A program made the translations under genes and the position numbers. A model generated the notes under the pieces. The model saw only the letters and a program-made list of their open reading frames with translations. It searched no databases and was not told where the DNA came from. Positions 7,676-16,744 of a DNA stretch of 64,000 nucleotides are shown piece after piece (the stretch's first letter is position 1; each line of letters starts with the position of its first letter). Location: contig CAZVDO010000001.1 of the NCBI GenBank assembly GCA_964625345.1, positions 55,237 through 119,236 of the forward strand, read 5' to 3'. The stretch is from an uncultured Anaerolinea sp. Its GTDB lineage: Bacteria > Chloroflexota > Limnocylindria > Limnocylindrales > CSP1-4.

Positions 7676-10041
7676 GCGCCGCGGTCACGGGCGCCACGTG
7701 GGGAGCGCGCGAGTCCCGCCTGAGCCGCCTGCTTGCGGGACCGGCCGAGGGCTGGTTGACCCTCTTCAGCGTGGTCGTCCTCGTCACGACCGTCGGCTGG
7801 TCGATCGACGACGCGAAGTGGGTCCGCGGCGTGGACAGCGTCACCGACTTCCTGCCGCTGGCTGGGCTCGCCGGCATTGCCTTCGGGTTCGCCGGTCCCA
7901 AGCTCGGCTGGGGCCGCTGGACGACGCACGCGCTCGGCATCGCCTTTGCCGCGATCGTCCTCCCGATCATCGCCGGCGGCCTCGTCCTCGGCGACGCCGT
8001 CACCGGCTGGGGGCCCGGCGCGCTGGCCGCCCGGTATCGAGAGGCGGCCCAGGTCGTCGTGGCGGTGTGGGTGGACCTCGGGATCCGCGGCCTGCCGCTG
8101 ACGTCGCAGTACGGCCATTACTTCATCGCGCTGGGCGCCATCCTGTGGGCGACCGGGCAGTTCGCGGCCTACGCGGTGTTCGGGCACCGACGCGCGCTCG
8201 ACGCGGTGGTCGTGGTCGGGCTCGTCCTGATCGCGAACATGTCGATCACCGACAACGACCAGCTCCACCTCATCGTCCTGTACACGATGGCGGCGCTCGC
8301 GCTGCTGGCCCGAGGCCACGCCTTCGACGAGCAGACGACCTGGCTGCGCCGGCGCATCGGCGATCCCGCCACGGTCACCCGCCTGTACCTCCGAGGCGGC
8401 GCCATCTTCATCAGCGCCGCGGTGGTGGGATCGCTGTTCCTCACGGCAACGGCATCGAGCGCGCCGCTGCAGGGCCTCTGGCGGAACGTGCCGGGCATGC
8501 TCGTGGACGCCTCGCAGTGGCTCCAGCGGTACCTGCCGCTCGGGGGCAACTCGCGGGATCCCGGGGTCGTGGTGTTCGGTGAGACGGCGGCCCTGAGCGG
8601 CTCCTGGAGCCAGAGCGACCGGATTGCCTTCACGGCCCAGGTGCCCGTCGGCGAGCCTGCGTTCAAGTGGCGGGTTGGTGCGTATGCCCAGTTCAACCTC
8701 ACCTCCTGGAGCTACGGTGACCCGACCCGGACCACCGAGGTCACGGCCCGCGACGACCTGCTCGCCGACTTCGCCGACGACCCACTCGACCTGGCAGCTC
8801 GGCGCGAGGTCCGGGCCCAGGTCACCCCCCAGAGCCTGTCCGGCTCCTACGTGGTCAGTCCCGCCGACATCCGATGGATCGACCAGGCCGCCCGGGTCAC
8901 GACCATCGGGACGACCCGCTGGTTCTCGACCGTCACCATCGACGGCGCCTCGACCTACACGGTCGACGCCCTCATCCCGGAGAGCGGCATCTCGGAGGGT
9001 TCGATCACGGCCAATCGGCTGCGCGTCGCGAGCCGTGACTACAGCACCGAGATCCAGCGCCTCTACCTCGCCGTGCCCGATGGGGCCATCGGGCCGGCCG
9101 CCCGGGCGGTGCTCGACGACGTGCTTTCGCGCACGCCGGACGACAACCCCTACGACGTTGCGCTCGCGATGCAGAACTACCTGCTGGACCCCTCCCACTT
9201 CACGTACGACGCGAACATCGTCGACGCGATCCAGGAGCGATGCGCCGGGATCTCGAGTGTCGAGTGCTTCGCGCTGATCCGGAAGGGCTACTGCCAGTAC
9301 TACGCGAGCACGATGGCGATCCTGCTCCGGGAGCACGGCATTCCCACCCGGCTCGTCCAGGGGTTCCTGCCGGGGCAACGCACGCCCGGCGGGACCGAGA
9401 CGGTCCGCAATGCGGCCGCGCACGCGTGGGTCGAGGTGTACTTCCCGGGCTACGGCTGGGTGGAGTTCGATCCCACGGGCGGTGGCGTCGGCGATCCCCC
9501 GGACATCGTCAACGGCCCCGCCGAGTCGCCCACGCCGCGCCCGTCGTTCAACCTCGTGACCGATCGCCCGGGCTTCACCGACGAGGACGGACCCGGCGCG
9601 AGCCCGCGGGCATCCGGAGCCGGCGGACCGACGGACGGGAGCGGCAATGGACCCGCGGGCGGGCCGTTCATCGTGATCGGCGTCCTGCTGCTCGTGGGGG
9701 CCATCGCCCTGGCGTCGATCGCCTGGCGGCGCGGCCCGCGGCCGATGCACCCGGACCGAGCCTGGGGCTCCATTGCCGCGCTGGCGGCGCGGTTCGGCCT
9801 GGCACCGCGGGCGTCCCAGACGGTCTACGAGTACGCGGGTGCGCTCGGCGACGCGGTTCCGGGGGTCCGGCCCGAGCTCTCGACCGTGGCCCACGCCAAG
9901 GTCGAGATCGCCTATGGGCGCCGGCAGCTCGGCGACGACCGACTCCGCGCCGTTGCCGAGGCCCATCGCCGGCTCCGGCTCGGGCTGCTGCGACTCGCCT
10001 TCCGGCGACCTCGGCGGCGCGGGCCCCGCGGGATCCGCTAG
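7672..10041 (+). CDS. membrane transglutaminase-like protein (TgpA-like)
   Basis: ATG at 7672 (MSAAVTGATW...). Multiple N-terminal TM helices and a transglutaminase core with a Cys...His...Asp triad (GYCQYYAS...AHAWVEVYFPGYGWVEFDPTGG). C-terminal Gly/Pro-rich region with a TM anchor. The ORF-track start at 7417 overlaps DUF58 and is not used. Confidence 0.8.
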   Translation: MSAAVTGATWGARESRLSRLLAGPAEGWLTLFSVVVLVTTVGWSIDDAKWVRGVDSVTDFLPLAGLAGIAFGFAGPKLGWGRWTTHALGIAFAAIVLPIIAGGLVLGDAVTGWGPGALAARYREAAQVVVAVWVDLGIRGLPLTSQYGHYFIALGAILWATGQFAAYAVFGHRRALDAVVVVGLVLIANMSITDNDQLHLIVLYTMAALALLARGHAFDEQTTWLRRRIGDPATVTRLYLRGGAIFISAAVVGSLFLTATASSAPLQGLWRNVPGMLVDASQWLQRYLPLGGNSRDPGVVVFGETAALSGSWSQSDRIAFTAQVPVGEPAFKWRVGAYAQFNLTSWSYGDPTRTTEVTARDDLLADFADDPLDLAARREVRAQVTPQSLSGSYVVSPADIRWIDQAARVTTIGTTRWFSTVTIDGASTYTVDALIPESGISEGSITANRLRVASRDYSTEIQRLYLAVPDGAIGPAARAVLDDVLSRTPDDNPYDVALAMQNYLLDPSHFTYDANIVDAIQERCAGISSVECFALIRKGYCQYYASTMAILLREHGIPTRLVQGFLPGQRTPGGTETVRNAAAHAWVEVYFPGYGWVEFDPTGGGVGDPPDIVNGPAESPTPRPSFNLVTDRPGFTDEDGPGASPRASGAGGPTDGSGNGPAGGPFIVIGVLLLVGAIALASIAWRRGPRPMHPDRAWGSIAALAARFGLAPRASQTVYEYAGALGDAVPGVRPELSTVAHAKVEIAYGRRQLGDDRLRAVAEAHRRLRLGLLRLAFRRPRRRGPRGIR

Positions 10042-10922
10042 AGAGCGCCGCTCCGGCTGCGGGCGGCTTCGCGCTCACGTTCCTGCTCGGTCTCGAGCTC
10101 CGCGAGGTGATCGGTGAGGTTGTGGGCCCGCAGGCGTGCCCGCCCCGCCCGGATCTCCACGACCGTGATCCCGCACAGGGCGAACGGGATGAGCCAGAAC
10201 CGCGCCAGGGGCAGGTCCAACAGGGCGAGCAGGGTGACCTTGAAGACCCCGTCGTGCCCCACCAGCACCGCCCACGGGATCTCCGCCGACGGCGTGGCAT
10301 AGCCGAGCACCTGCGACCCGAGCGTGGTGGTGCCCGGCGTACGCGTCCGGAGATCCGCCAGCATCGCCCCGAGGGAAGCACGGACCCGGGCATCCACCTC
10401 GAGCAGGGATTCGCCGCCGGGTGCCCAGGCAGTCAGCGGGTCCGCCCGCCAGCCGGCGATGACGTCGGCCCAGCGCGTCTCGATCTCGGAGCTGAACCGA
10501 CCCTCCCAGTCGCCCTGCCCGATCTCGAGGAAGCCGGGATCGGCGATGGTCGGGACAGTCGCGGCCAGGCCGTCCGGACGGGCCATCGAGTCCGCGACGG
10601 CCCGGGCCGTGGCCGTGGTGCGACCGAGGGGGGAGTGCCGGATCTCGATCGGCGGCCCGGCCGGCACGGGGAGCGCCGGCACGGCGTGGGGTTGCCCGAG
10701 GCGAGCGGCGGCGAGCCCGGCCTGGCGCTCGCCGAGCGTCGAGAGCGGAGGGTCCCCGCGGCCCTGGAACCGGCCCTCGGCGACCCAGGTCGATTCGCCA
10801 TGCCGGAGCAGGACGATCGTGGCGTCGAGGCCCGCCGGGATCAGGCTCGCCGTGGTGGGCGACCCGTCGGTGCGGCCTGCGGCATGGTCGGTGCGGCCCA
10901 CGCCGCTGTCGGGCCCGGTCAT
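10038..10922 (-). CDS. histidine-phosphatase (PGM/dPGM) superfamily protein, candidate phosphoserine phosphatase
   Basis: Minus-strand ATG at 10920-10922 overlaps the serA stop (ATGA). RHGES catalytic motif (IVLLRHGESTWVAEGRFQGRGDPPLSTLGERQA) and a second His block (VLVGHDGVFKV). The ORF track lists it only as the 3' part of a fused 868 aa ORF. Confidence 0.75.
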   Translation of the reverse strand: MTGPDSGVGRTDHAAGRTDGSPTTASLIPAGLDATIVLLRHGESTWVAEGRFQGRGDPPLSTLGERQAGLAAARLGQPHAVPALPVPAGPPIEIRHSPLGRTTATARAVADSMARPDGLAATVPTIADPGFLEIGQGDWEGRFSSEIETRWADVIAGWRADPLTAWAPGGESLLEVDARVRASLGAMLADLRTRTPGTTTLGSQVLGYATPSAEIPWAVLVGHDGVFKVTLLALLDLPLARFWLIPFALCGITVVEIRAGRARLRAHNLTDHLAELETEQEREREAARSRSGAL

Positions 10923-12499
10923 CGGTCGGCGTCGAGCCGGATGGTCCACAGCTCGATGAGCCCCTCGTGCTCCTGCATCGACCGGGCAAGGTCCTCGGGG
11001 ACGTCGTCGTCGAGCGCCAGGACCATCAGGGCGTCCGCACGGGGTGCCGACCGTGCGACGTGCATGGCCGAGATGTTGACGTCGGCCGCGCCGAGCAGGC
11101 TCCCGATCCGCCCGATCATGCCGGGCCGGTCGTTGTGGTGGGTGATGAGCATGACCGGCGCCGGCTCCATGTCGAGGCGGTAGCCGTTGAGCCGCGTAAT
11201 CCGCGGCTCGCCGTTGGCCACCGTGCCGCCGACCGCGACCGCCCGACCGTCGATCGTGCCGCTGACGGTGATCTCGGCTGCGTCGTGGTCGTCGCGGGTC
11301 CGTCGCTCGACGACCGTGAGGCCGCGGGCCGAGGCGAGCAAACCGGCGTTGACCAGGTTCACCCGCTCGGTGGTGACTCGCTCGAGGATGCCCCGCAGGA
11401 GCGCAGCGGCCAGGGGTGCGCTGTCGAATGCCGCCGGGGGCCCGGCCACGTCGAGGGTGACCGTCTTCACGCCCGAGCCGGCGAACTGGATGAAGAAGCG
11501 CCCGAGGAGCTCGGTGAGCGGCAGGTAGGGCCCCATCGCCTCCGCGGCCTCGGGCGGCACGAGCGGGGCGTTGACCGCATAGCGCGCGGCGCGCCCGGCG
11601 AGCACGTCGACGATCTGGTCGGCCACCTCCACCGCGACCGCCACCTGCGCCTCGGCCGTCGATGCCCCGAGATGCGGCGTGAGCAGCGTGCCGGGGGCCT
11701 CGAGGAGTGGAGACCCGACCGGTGGCTCGGCGTCGAACACGTCGATGCCGGCGCCGCCGATGTGGCCCGACCGGAGCGCATCCGCGAGGGCCGCCTCGTC
11801 GACGATCCCGCCGCGGGCCACGTTGAGCACGAAGGCGCCGGGCTTCATCCGCGCGAGGGCCTTCGCGTCGATGAGGCCACGGGTGGCGCGGGTGAGGGGC
11901 ACGTGGACGGTGATCGCGTCGGCGCGGGCGAGGAGCGTGTCGAGATCCGCGAGCTCGATCCCGTGGCGGGCCGCCTGCTCGGGCGAGACGTACGGGTCGC
12001 TGCCCAGGAGGGTCATCTCGAAGGCGCGGGCCCGGTCGGCAATGGCCATCCCGATCTTGCCCAGCCCGACGATCCCGAGCGTCCGGCCCCTGAGCTCCAC
12101 GCCCTGGAACTGTGCGCGCTTCCACTCGCCGCGTCGCATCGAGGCGTCGGCCGCGGCCACCCGCCGGGCCAGCCCGAGCAGCAGGGCCATGGTGTGCTCG
12201 GCGGCCGCGATCGTGTTGCCGGTTGGGGCGTTGACGACCGTGATCCCGGATCGCGTCGCGGCCTCGAGGTCCACGTTGTCCACGCCGACTCCGGCCCGCC
12301 CGATGACCTGGAGCCGCGTGCCGGCCGCGATCAGGTCGGCATCGGCCTGGACCTGGCTGCGCACGACCAGCGCCTCGTACGCCCCGATGGCGTCGCGCAG
12401 GGCTTCGGGCGACAGGCCCGTCCGGACGTCGACCTCGTGGCCCTCGCGGAGGCGGGCGAGCCCCTCCTCGGCGATGGACTCGGCGACGAGGATCCTCAT
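10919..12499 (-). CDS. serA: D-3-phosphoglycerate dehydrogenase
   Basis: The start is MRILVAESIAEEGL (minus-strand ATG at 12497-12499), not the top of ORF 10919..13111. NAD-binding GIVGLGKIGMAIA, a catalytic His in the D-2-hydroxyacid dehydrogenase core, and a C-terminal ASB plus ACT-like extension (527 codons). The start overlaps the upstream aminotransferase stop (ATGA). Confidence 0.9.
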   Translation of the reverse strand: MRILVAESIAEEGLARLREGHEVDVRTGLSPEALRDAIGAYEALVVRSQVQADADLIAAGTRLQVIGRAGVGVDNVDLEAATRSGITVVNAPTGNTIAAAEHTMALLLGLARRVAAADASMRRGEWKRAQFQGVELRGRTLGIVGLGKIGMAIADRARAFEMTLLGSDPYVSPEQAARHGIELADLDTLLARADAITVHVPLTRATRGLIDAKALARMKPGAFVLNVARGGIVDEAALADALRSGHIGGAGIDVFDAEPPVGSPLLEAPGTLLTPHLGASTAEAQVAVAVEVADQIVDVLAGRAARYAVNAPLVPPEAAEAMGPYLPLTELLGRFFIQFAGSGVKTVTLDVAGPPAAFDSAPLAAALLRGILERVTTERVNLVNAGLLASARGLTVVERRTRDDHDAAEITVSGTIDGRAVAVGGTVANGEPRITRLNGYRLDMEPAPVMLITHHNDRPGMIGRIGSLLGAADVNISAMHVARSAPRADALMVLALDDDVPEDLARSMQEHEGLIELWTIRLDADR

Positions 12500-13743
12500 C
12501 CGGCCGCGGCGCCCGCCGGGGTGGCCCCCACAACGCCCGCTTGTGCCGCATGCACCGCCGCGCGCTGCGCCGCGCCGACCGCCGCGCCGAGGTCGACCGA
12601 TCGACCATGGGCAACGGAGACCGCCTCGAGGTCGGCGAGCGCACCCAGGATCTCGTCGAGGGTCACCGATCCGAGGTGGCCGACGCGGAAGATCTTGCCC
12701 GTGAGCTTGCCCTGGCCCCCGGCGAGGACCACGCCGCGTCGCTTCAGGTCGCCGTTGAACGCCTTCCAGTCGAGGCCCTCGGGAACCCAGGCCGCGGTGA
12801 CGGTCTTCGAGCGATTGGCCGCGTCGGCGAAGAGCGTGAAGCCGAGCGCCTCGAGGCCGGCCTGCGTTGCCGCCGCACAGGCTTCGTGGCGCGCGAAGAT
12901 GCCGGCCGGGCCTTCTGCCGTCATGAGCCGCAGGCCCTCGTCCACCTGGAAGGCGACGGCCACGGCGGGCGTCCAGGGCGTCTCGCCGGAACGCGCGCTC
13001 TCGCGGTGCTTGCGCAGGTCGAAGTAGAACCGCGGCATCCGCGCGGTTTCCATCGCCGCCCAGCCGCGCTCGGACGCCGCGATCATCGCCAGGCCCGGAG
13101 CCGACATCCACGCCTTCTGGGACCCGGTGACGACCACGTCCACGCCCCAGGCATCCATCTCGAAGGGCACGGCCCCGAGCGCCGAGACGCTGTCGACGAG
13201 GATCAGCGCGTCCGGGGCGCGGTCACGGATCGCCGCCGCGAGCTCCGGAATGGGGTTCATCACGCCCGTGGAGGTCTCGTTGTGGGTGAGCAGCACGGCC
13301 CGGTAGTCGCCGGCGCCGAGGCGTTCCCGGACCTCGTCCGGATCGGCCGCCCAGCCCCACTCGGCGCTGACCACGTCAACGGTCGCGCCGTAGGTCTGCG
13401 CGATCTTGGCGAACCGGTCGCCGAACGCGCCGATGGAGATTCCGAGCACCCGATCGCCCGGGGACAGGGTGTTGACGATCGCCGCCTCGAGTCCACCCGT
13501 TCCGGCGCTCGACACGATCGCGATGTCCTGGGTCGTCCCGAAGAACGGCCGCATCCCGTCCTGGATCCGACCGAGGAGCGCCGCGAACTCCGGACCCCGG
13601 TGGTTGATCATCTGGCGACCGCCGGCCTCGCGCACGCTCGGCGGCAGGCTCGTCGGACCGGGGATGCGGAGGTTGGGCTCGAAGCGGCTCACGGGGCGGG
13701 TCTCCTCGCGCGGGTGGATGCGTCCTCGATGGTCGCATGGCAC
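12496..13743 (-). CDS. class V (AGXT-type) aminotransferase, candidate phosphoserine aminotransferase
   Basis: PLP fold-type I class V blocks (LRIPGPTSLPPSV...INHRGPEF... Lys in TGSQKAWMSAPGLAMIAA). The GTG at 13743 heads the ORF; an alternative GTG at 13690-13692 would give VSRFEPNL. Translationally coupled to serA. Confidence 0.8.
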   Translation of the reverse strand: MPCDHRGRIHPREETRPVSRFEPNLRIPGPTSLPPSVREAGGRQMINHRGPEFAALLGRIQDGMRPFFGTTQDIAIVSSAGTGGLEAAIVNTLSPGDRVLGISIGAFGDRFAKIAQTYGATVDVVSAEWGWAADPDEVRERLGAGDYRAVLLTHNETSTGVMNPIPELAAAIRDRAPDALILVDSVSALGAVPFEMDAWGVDVVVTGSQKAWMSAPGLAMIAASERGWAAMETARMPRFYFDLRKHRESARSGETPWTPAVAVAFQVDEGLRLMTAEGPAGIFARHEACAAATQAGLEALGFTLFADAANRSKTVTAAWVPEGLDWKAFNGDLKRRGVVLAGGQGKLTGKIFRVGHLGSVTLDEILGALADLEAVSVAHGRSVDLGAAVGAAQRAAVHAAQAGVVGATPAGAAAG

Positions 13744-13851
13744 GCGGCGGCGTGCAGGTGGGCGGAGGGTTGCGGCTCGGTAGCCGGTCGGGCCGGAAGC
13801 GTCACCCTGCCGTCCGTGGCAGGCTGACGGTCCCAGCCGTCACACGGGACC

Positions 13852-14799
13852 ATGGCCGACCACGTCGCTTCGTCGCAACCCATCCCGGCGCCCCGGCGTC
13901 CGCGCCGCCGCGCCGCGGCGCTCGTCTCCACTGCGGTCGTCGTCGCGGTCATCGCGGGCACGACGGCGATCTGGGCGGACGTGGCCGGCGCCGGCGAGCA
14001 GTGGCAGAAGCTTCTCGACCGGGTCGATCGCGTCCTCGCCGGTCCGGTGCCGGAGCGATCGTCGGCCCCGACCGTCGTCGTCACGGCCCCGCCGAGCCTC
14101 GCACCGACCGCGTCGCCCACGCTCCGGCCCGGGGCCACGCCCGGCCCGACCGCCACGCCGCGTCCGACACCTGCCCGCGTTCCGGTCGACGTGGACATCG
14201 TCGTCGACCCGGAGGCGGTCTTCAGCCATGAGATCAGGAACACGTGGTGCTCGCCGGCCGGCCTGACCATGGCGCTTGCCGTCCTCGACCTCCAGCCGGC
14301 GAGCGACGATCTCCAGCGCGAGATCGCGGGCCGTGTCCACGAGTTCGAGAGCTGGGATGACAGCCACAATGGTGGCTGGGGCCCCTCGGCGATGGTGGAG
14401 GCGCTCGCCGCCTACGGCGCGCCGGGCTACGAGGTCCGCGCCTACGAGACCCGCGACCAGGCCCTCCACGACGCGGCCTCCGCCATCGCCGCGACGGAAT
14501 CGCCGGCCATCCTGCTGGCGTGGAAGGGCGCCCACACCTGGGTGATGACGGGGTATCGCGCCGATGCGGATCCGCGCGTCTTCGCCGACGCGGTCGTCAG
14601 CGGCGCATACATCCTCGACCCGTGGTACCCGACGATCTCGTCGATCTGGGGTCCGTCGGACCCACCCGGCACGTTCCAGGACGAGGCCGAGATGATCCGC
14701 AACTTCCTCCCGTGGAAGCGCCCCGAGGGTGCCTATCCGGAGCGCGACGGCCGGTTCATCGTCCTCGTGCCGACGCAGCGCCGGGACATCGTCCGCTAG
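13852..14799 (+). CDS. hypothetical secreted/membrane-anchored protein with a papain-like (C39-like) C-terminal region
   Basis: N-terminal signal anchor (AAALVSTAVVVAVIAGTTAIWA) and a Pro/Thr/Ala linker. The C-terminal 190 aa have a conserved Cys (NTWCSPAGLTMAL) and downstream His (GAHTWVMTGY...ILDPWY) spaced as in Peptidase_C39-like folds. The family assignment is tentative. Confidence 0.5.
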   Translation: MADHVASSQPIPAPRRPRRRAAALVSTAVVVAVIAGTTAIWADVAGAGEQWQKLLDRVDRVLAGPVPERSSAPTVVVTAPPSLAPTASPTLRPGATPGPTATPRPTPARVPVDVDIVVDPEAVFSHEIRNTWCSPAGLTMALAVLDLQPASDDLQREIAGRVHEFESWDDSHNGGWGPSAMVEALAAYGAPGYEVRAYETRDQALHDAASAIAATESPAILLAWKGAHTWVMTGYRADADPRVFADAVVSGAYILDPWYPTISSIWGPSDPPGTFQDEAEMIRNFLPWKRPEGAYPERDGRFIVLVPTQRRDIVR

Positions 14800-14817
14800 C
14801 CGTCCGCTGGGCGCTCC

Positions 14818-16191
14818 CTAGCGACTGGCGGTAGGCGCCGCCTCGTCGGCGGCCGTCGCCCCGATCACGCGAACGCGGGGTCCGAGGAACACCGCCAGGA
14901 GCGCGAGCTTGACGAGCCCGCCGGCCACGTAGGCCGCCGGAATCCCGAGCGTGCCGAGGGCCGGGACGAGGAGCTCCGCCGCCACGACGAGCGTCGCCAG
15001 GCCGGCGATCGAGGCCACGACCTGGCGCACGGTGTTGTGCGTCGCGTACAGCGCCCGGGACAGCGGGTAGGCGAGTGCGTCGATGGGAATGGACAGCGCA
15101 AACGCTGCGAGCAACGCGGCCGTGGCGCGAACCGCGTCGGGCCCGAACCGCCCGCCGCCGAGGAAGAACCCGATGACCGGGTCGGCGAGGATCGCGAGGC
15201 CGAGCGCGGCGCCAGAGGTGAGGACCGCGATCGTGGCCACGTTGCGCCTGAGCAGCCGCACGAAGGCGGGGCGGTCGCCGTCGGCCCACGCTCCGGCGAG
15301 GCTCGGGAAGATCGCCAGCGAGAAGGTGATCGCGAACACCTGGACGGGCACGAACTGGTAGTCGAGCACGAACGACAGGCTCGTCGCCGTGCCGGGGCCC
15401 TGGCGGGCCGCGAGGACCGTCAGGTAGAGCACCACGATCGGGTCGATCGGGTAGCTGAGCATTCGTGGAACCATGAGCCGGATGAATTCCCGGAACTCAG
15501 CGGTCCGGATCCGGGCGGCCGGGCCGGGTCGAAAGCCGGAGCGGATCGCCCCGATGGCGCGAATGCCGAGGTGGGCGAGCGCGCCGCCCAGCGCCCCGAA
15601 CGCCGCGCCGTGGATCCCGAGCTGCGGGCCAAGGACGAGGCTGCCCAGCACGATCCCGCCGGTGTAGAGGATGGGCGCGAGGCCGTACCACAGGAACTGA
15701 CGCCGGGCGACGAGGACCTCGCCGAGGGCGATCGAGGCGGCGAATGCCACCTGGGCCAGGCAGTTGATCCGGAGCAGCTCCACGTAGAGCTCCCGGGTTG
15801 CCGGATCGAAGGCTCCGAAGACCGTGTCCGCGAGGAATGGTGCCGCAATCGCGAGGACTCCCATGGCGACGGCGGTGACGGCGACCGCGCCCGTGAGCAC
15901 CGTCCGGCCGAACGCCGCGGCGCGTTCCGGCCCGTCGTCCCCGCTGCCCAGCAACCGGGCAAAGATCGGGACGAACGGCGCCGACAGCCCGGAGGCGACG
16001 AGGATGTCGAGCGCGATCTCGGGGATCCGGAATGCCGCGTTGTAGGCGTCGAGCTCAGGCCCGGCCCCGAACGTCCCGGCGAACACGCGGTTGCGGACCA
16101 GGCCGGACGCGAAGTAGCCCAGCGACAGGATGGCGAGGGTCAGCGCGCCGCGAGGCACGAAGCGGTCCAGGAGTGCGCGCACGACGGTCAC
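14818..16191 (-). CDS. murJ: lipid II flippase MurJ/MviN
   Basis: GTG start. 12-14 TM helices. The N-terminal MurJ block reads LVRNRVFAGTFGAGPELDAYNAAFRIPEIALDILVASGLSAPFVPIF. Confidence 0.8.
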   Translation of the reverse strand: MTVVRALLDRFVPRGALTLAILSLGYFASGLVRNRVFAGTFGAGPELDAYNAAFRIPEIALDILVASGLSAPFVPIFARLLGSGDDGPERAAAFGRTVLTGAVAVTAVAMGVLAIAAPFLADTVFGAFDPATRELYVELLRINCLAQVAFAASIALGEVLVARRQFLWYGLAPILYTGGIVLGSLVLGPQLGIHGAAFGALGGALAHLGIRAIGAIRSGFRPGPAARIRTAEFREFIRLMVPRMLSYPIDPIVVLYLTVLAARQGPGTATSLSFVLDYQFVPVQVFAITFSLAIFPSLAGAWADGDRPAFVRLLRRNVATIAVLTSGAALGLAILADPVIGFFLGGGRFGPDAVRATAALLAAFALSIPIDALAYPLSRALYATHNTVRQVVASIAGLATLVVAAELLVPALGTLGIPAAYVAGGLVKLALLAVFLGPRVRVIGATAADEAAPTASR

Positions 16192-16265
16192 GCCGGAGGG
16201 ACGACCGGACGGACCGCTTCGCGACGGGACACCCGTCCCTGCGAGCCGGGTATGCTCAGGTCGCC

Positions 16266-16667
16266 ATGGACGACCGAGCCGCAGCGCTGTCCGCGATCCC
16301 GATGTTTGCCGGCCTCGACGAGCGGGGCCGCCAGGCCGTGGCGGTTCTCGCGACCGACGTCAGCGCCCCGGCCGGGACCGTGCTCATGGTGGAGGGCGAG
16401 CCGGCGGACGCCCTGTACGTGATCCGTTCCGGGACGGTCCACGTGGAACGCGACGGGGCGCTCGTGCGCTCGATGTCGACCGGCGGCTTCCTCGGCGAGA
16501 TCGGCCTGCTCGAAGGCCAGGCGCGTACGGCGACGGCCATCTGCGCCACGGACTGCGAGCTCATCCGCCTGGGCGCCCACGAGTTCGGCCGCGTCGTGGC
16601 GACGTTCCCGGACGTCCGGTCCCGGGTCGAGGCCGCGGCGGCCCGTCGACCGCACGCCGAGGCCTGA
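16266..16667 (+). CDS. cyclic-nucleotide-binding (Crp-like cNMP) domain protein without an HTH
   Basis: ATG at 16266 (MDDRAAALSAIPMFAGL...). cNMP signature GEPADALYVIRSGTV...GGFLGEIGLLEGQARTATA. Only ~134 aa, so no DNA-binding domain. Confidence 0.7.
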   Translation: MDDRAAALSAIPMFAGLDERGRQAVAVLATDVSAPAGTVLMVEGEPADALYVIRSGTVHVERDGALVRSMSTGGFLGEIGLLEGQARTATAICATDCELIRLGAHEFGRVVATFPDVRSRVEAAAARRPHAEA

Positions 16668-16744
16668 CCGAACACATCGGGCACGCGCCCACGCCGTCCC
16701 CGTCGACGTGGGGAACGGCCGGACGGCCAGGCCGTCTGGAGTTG

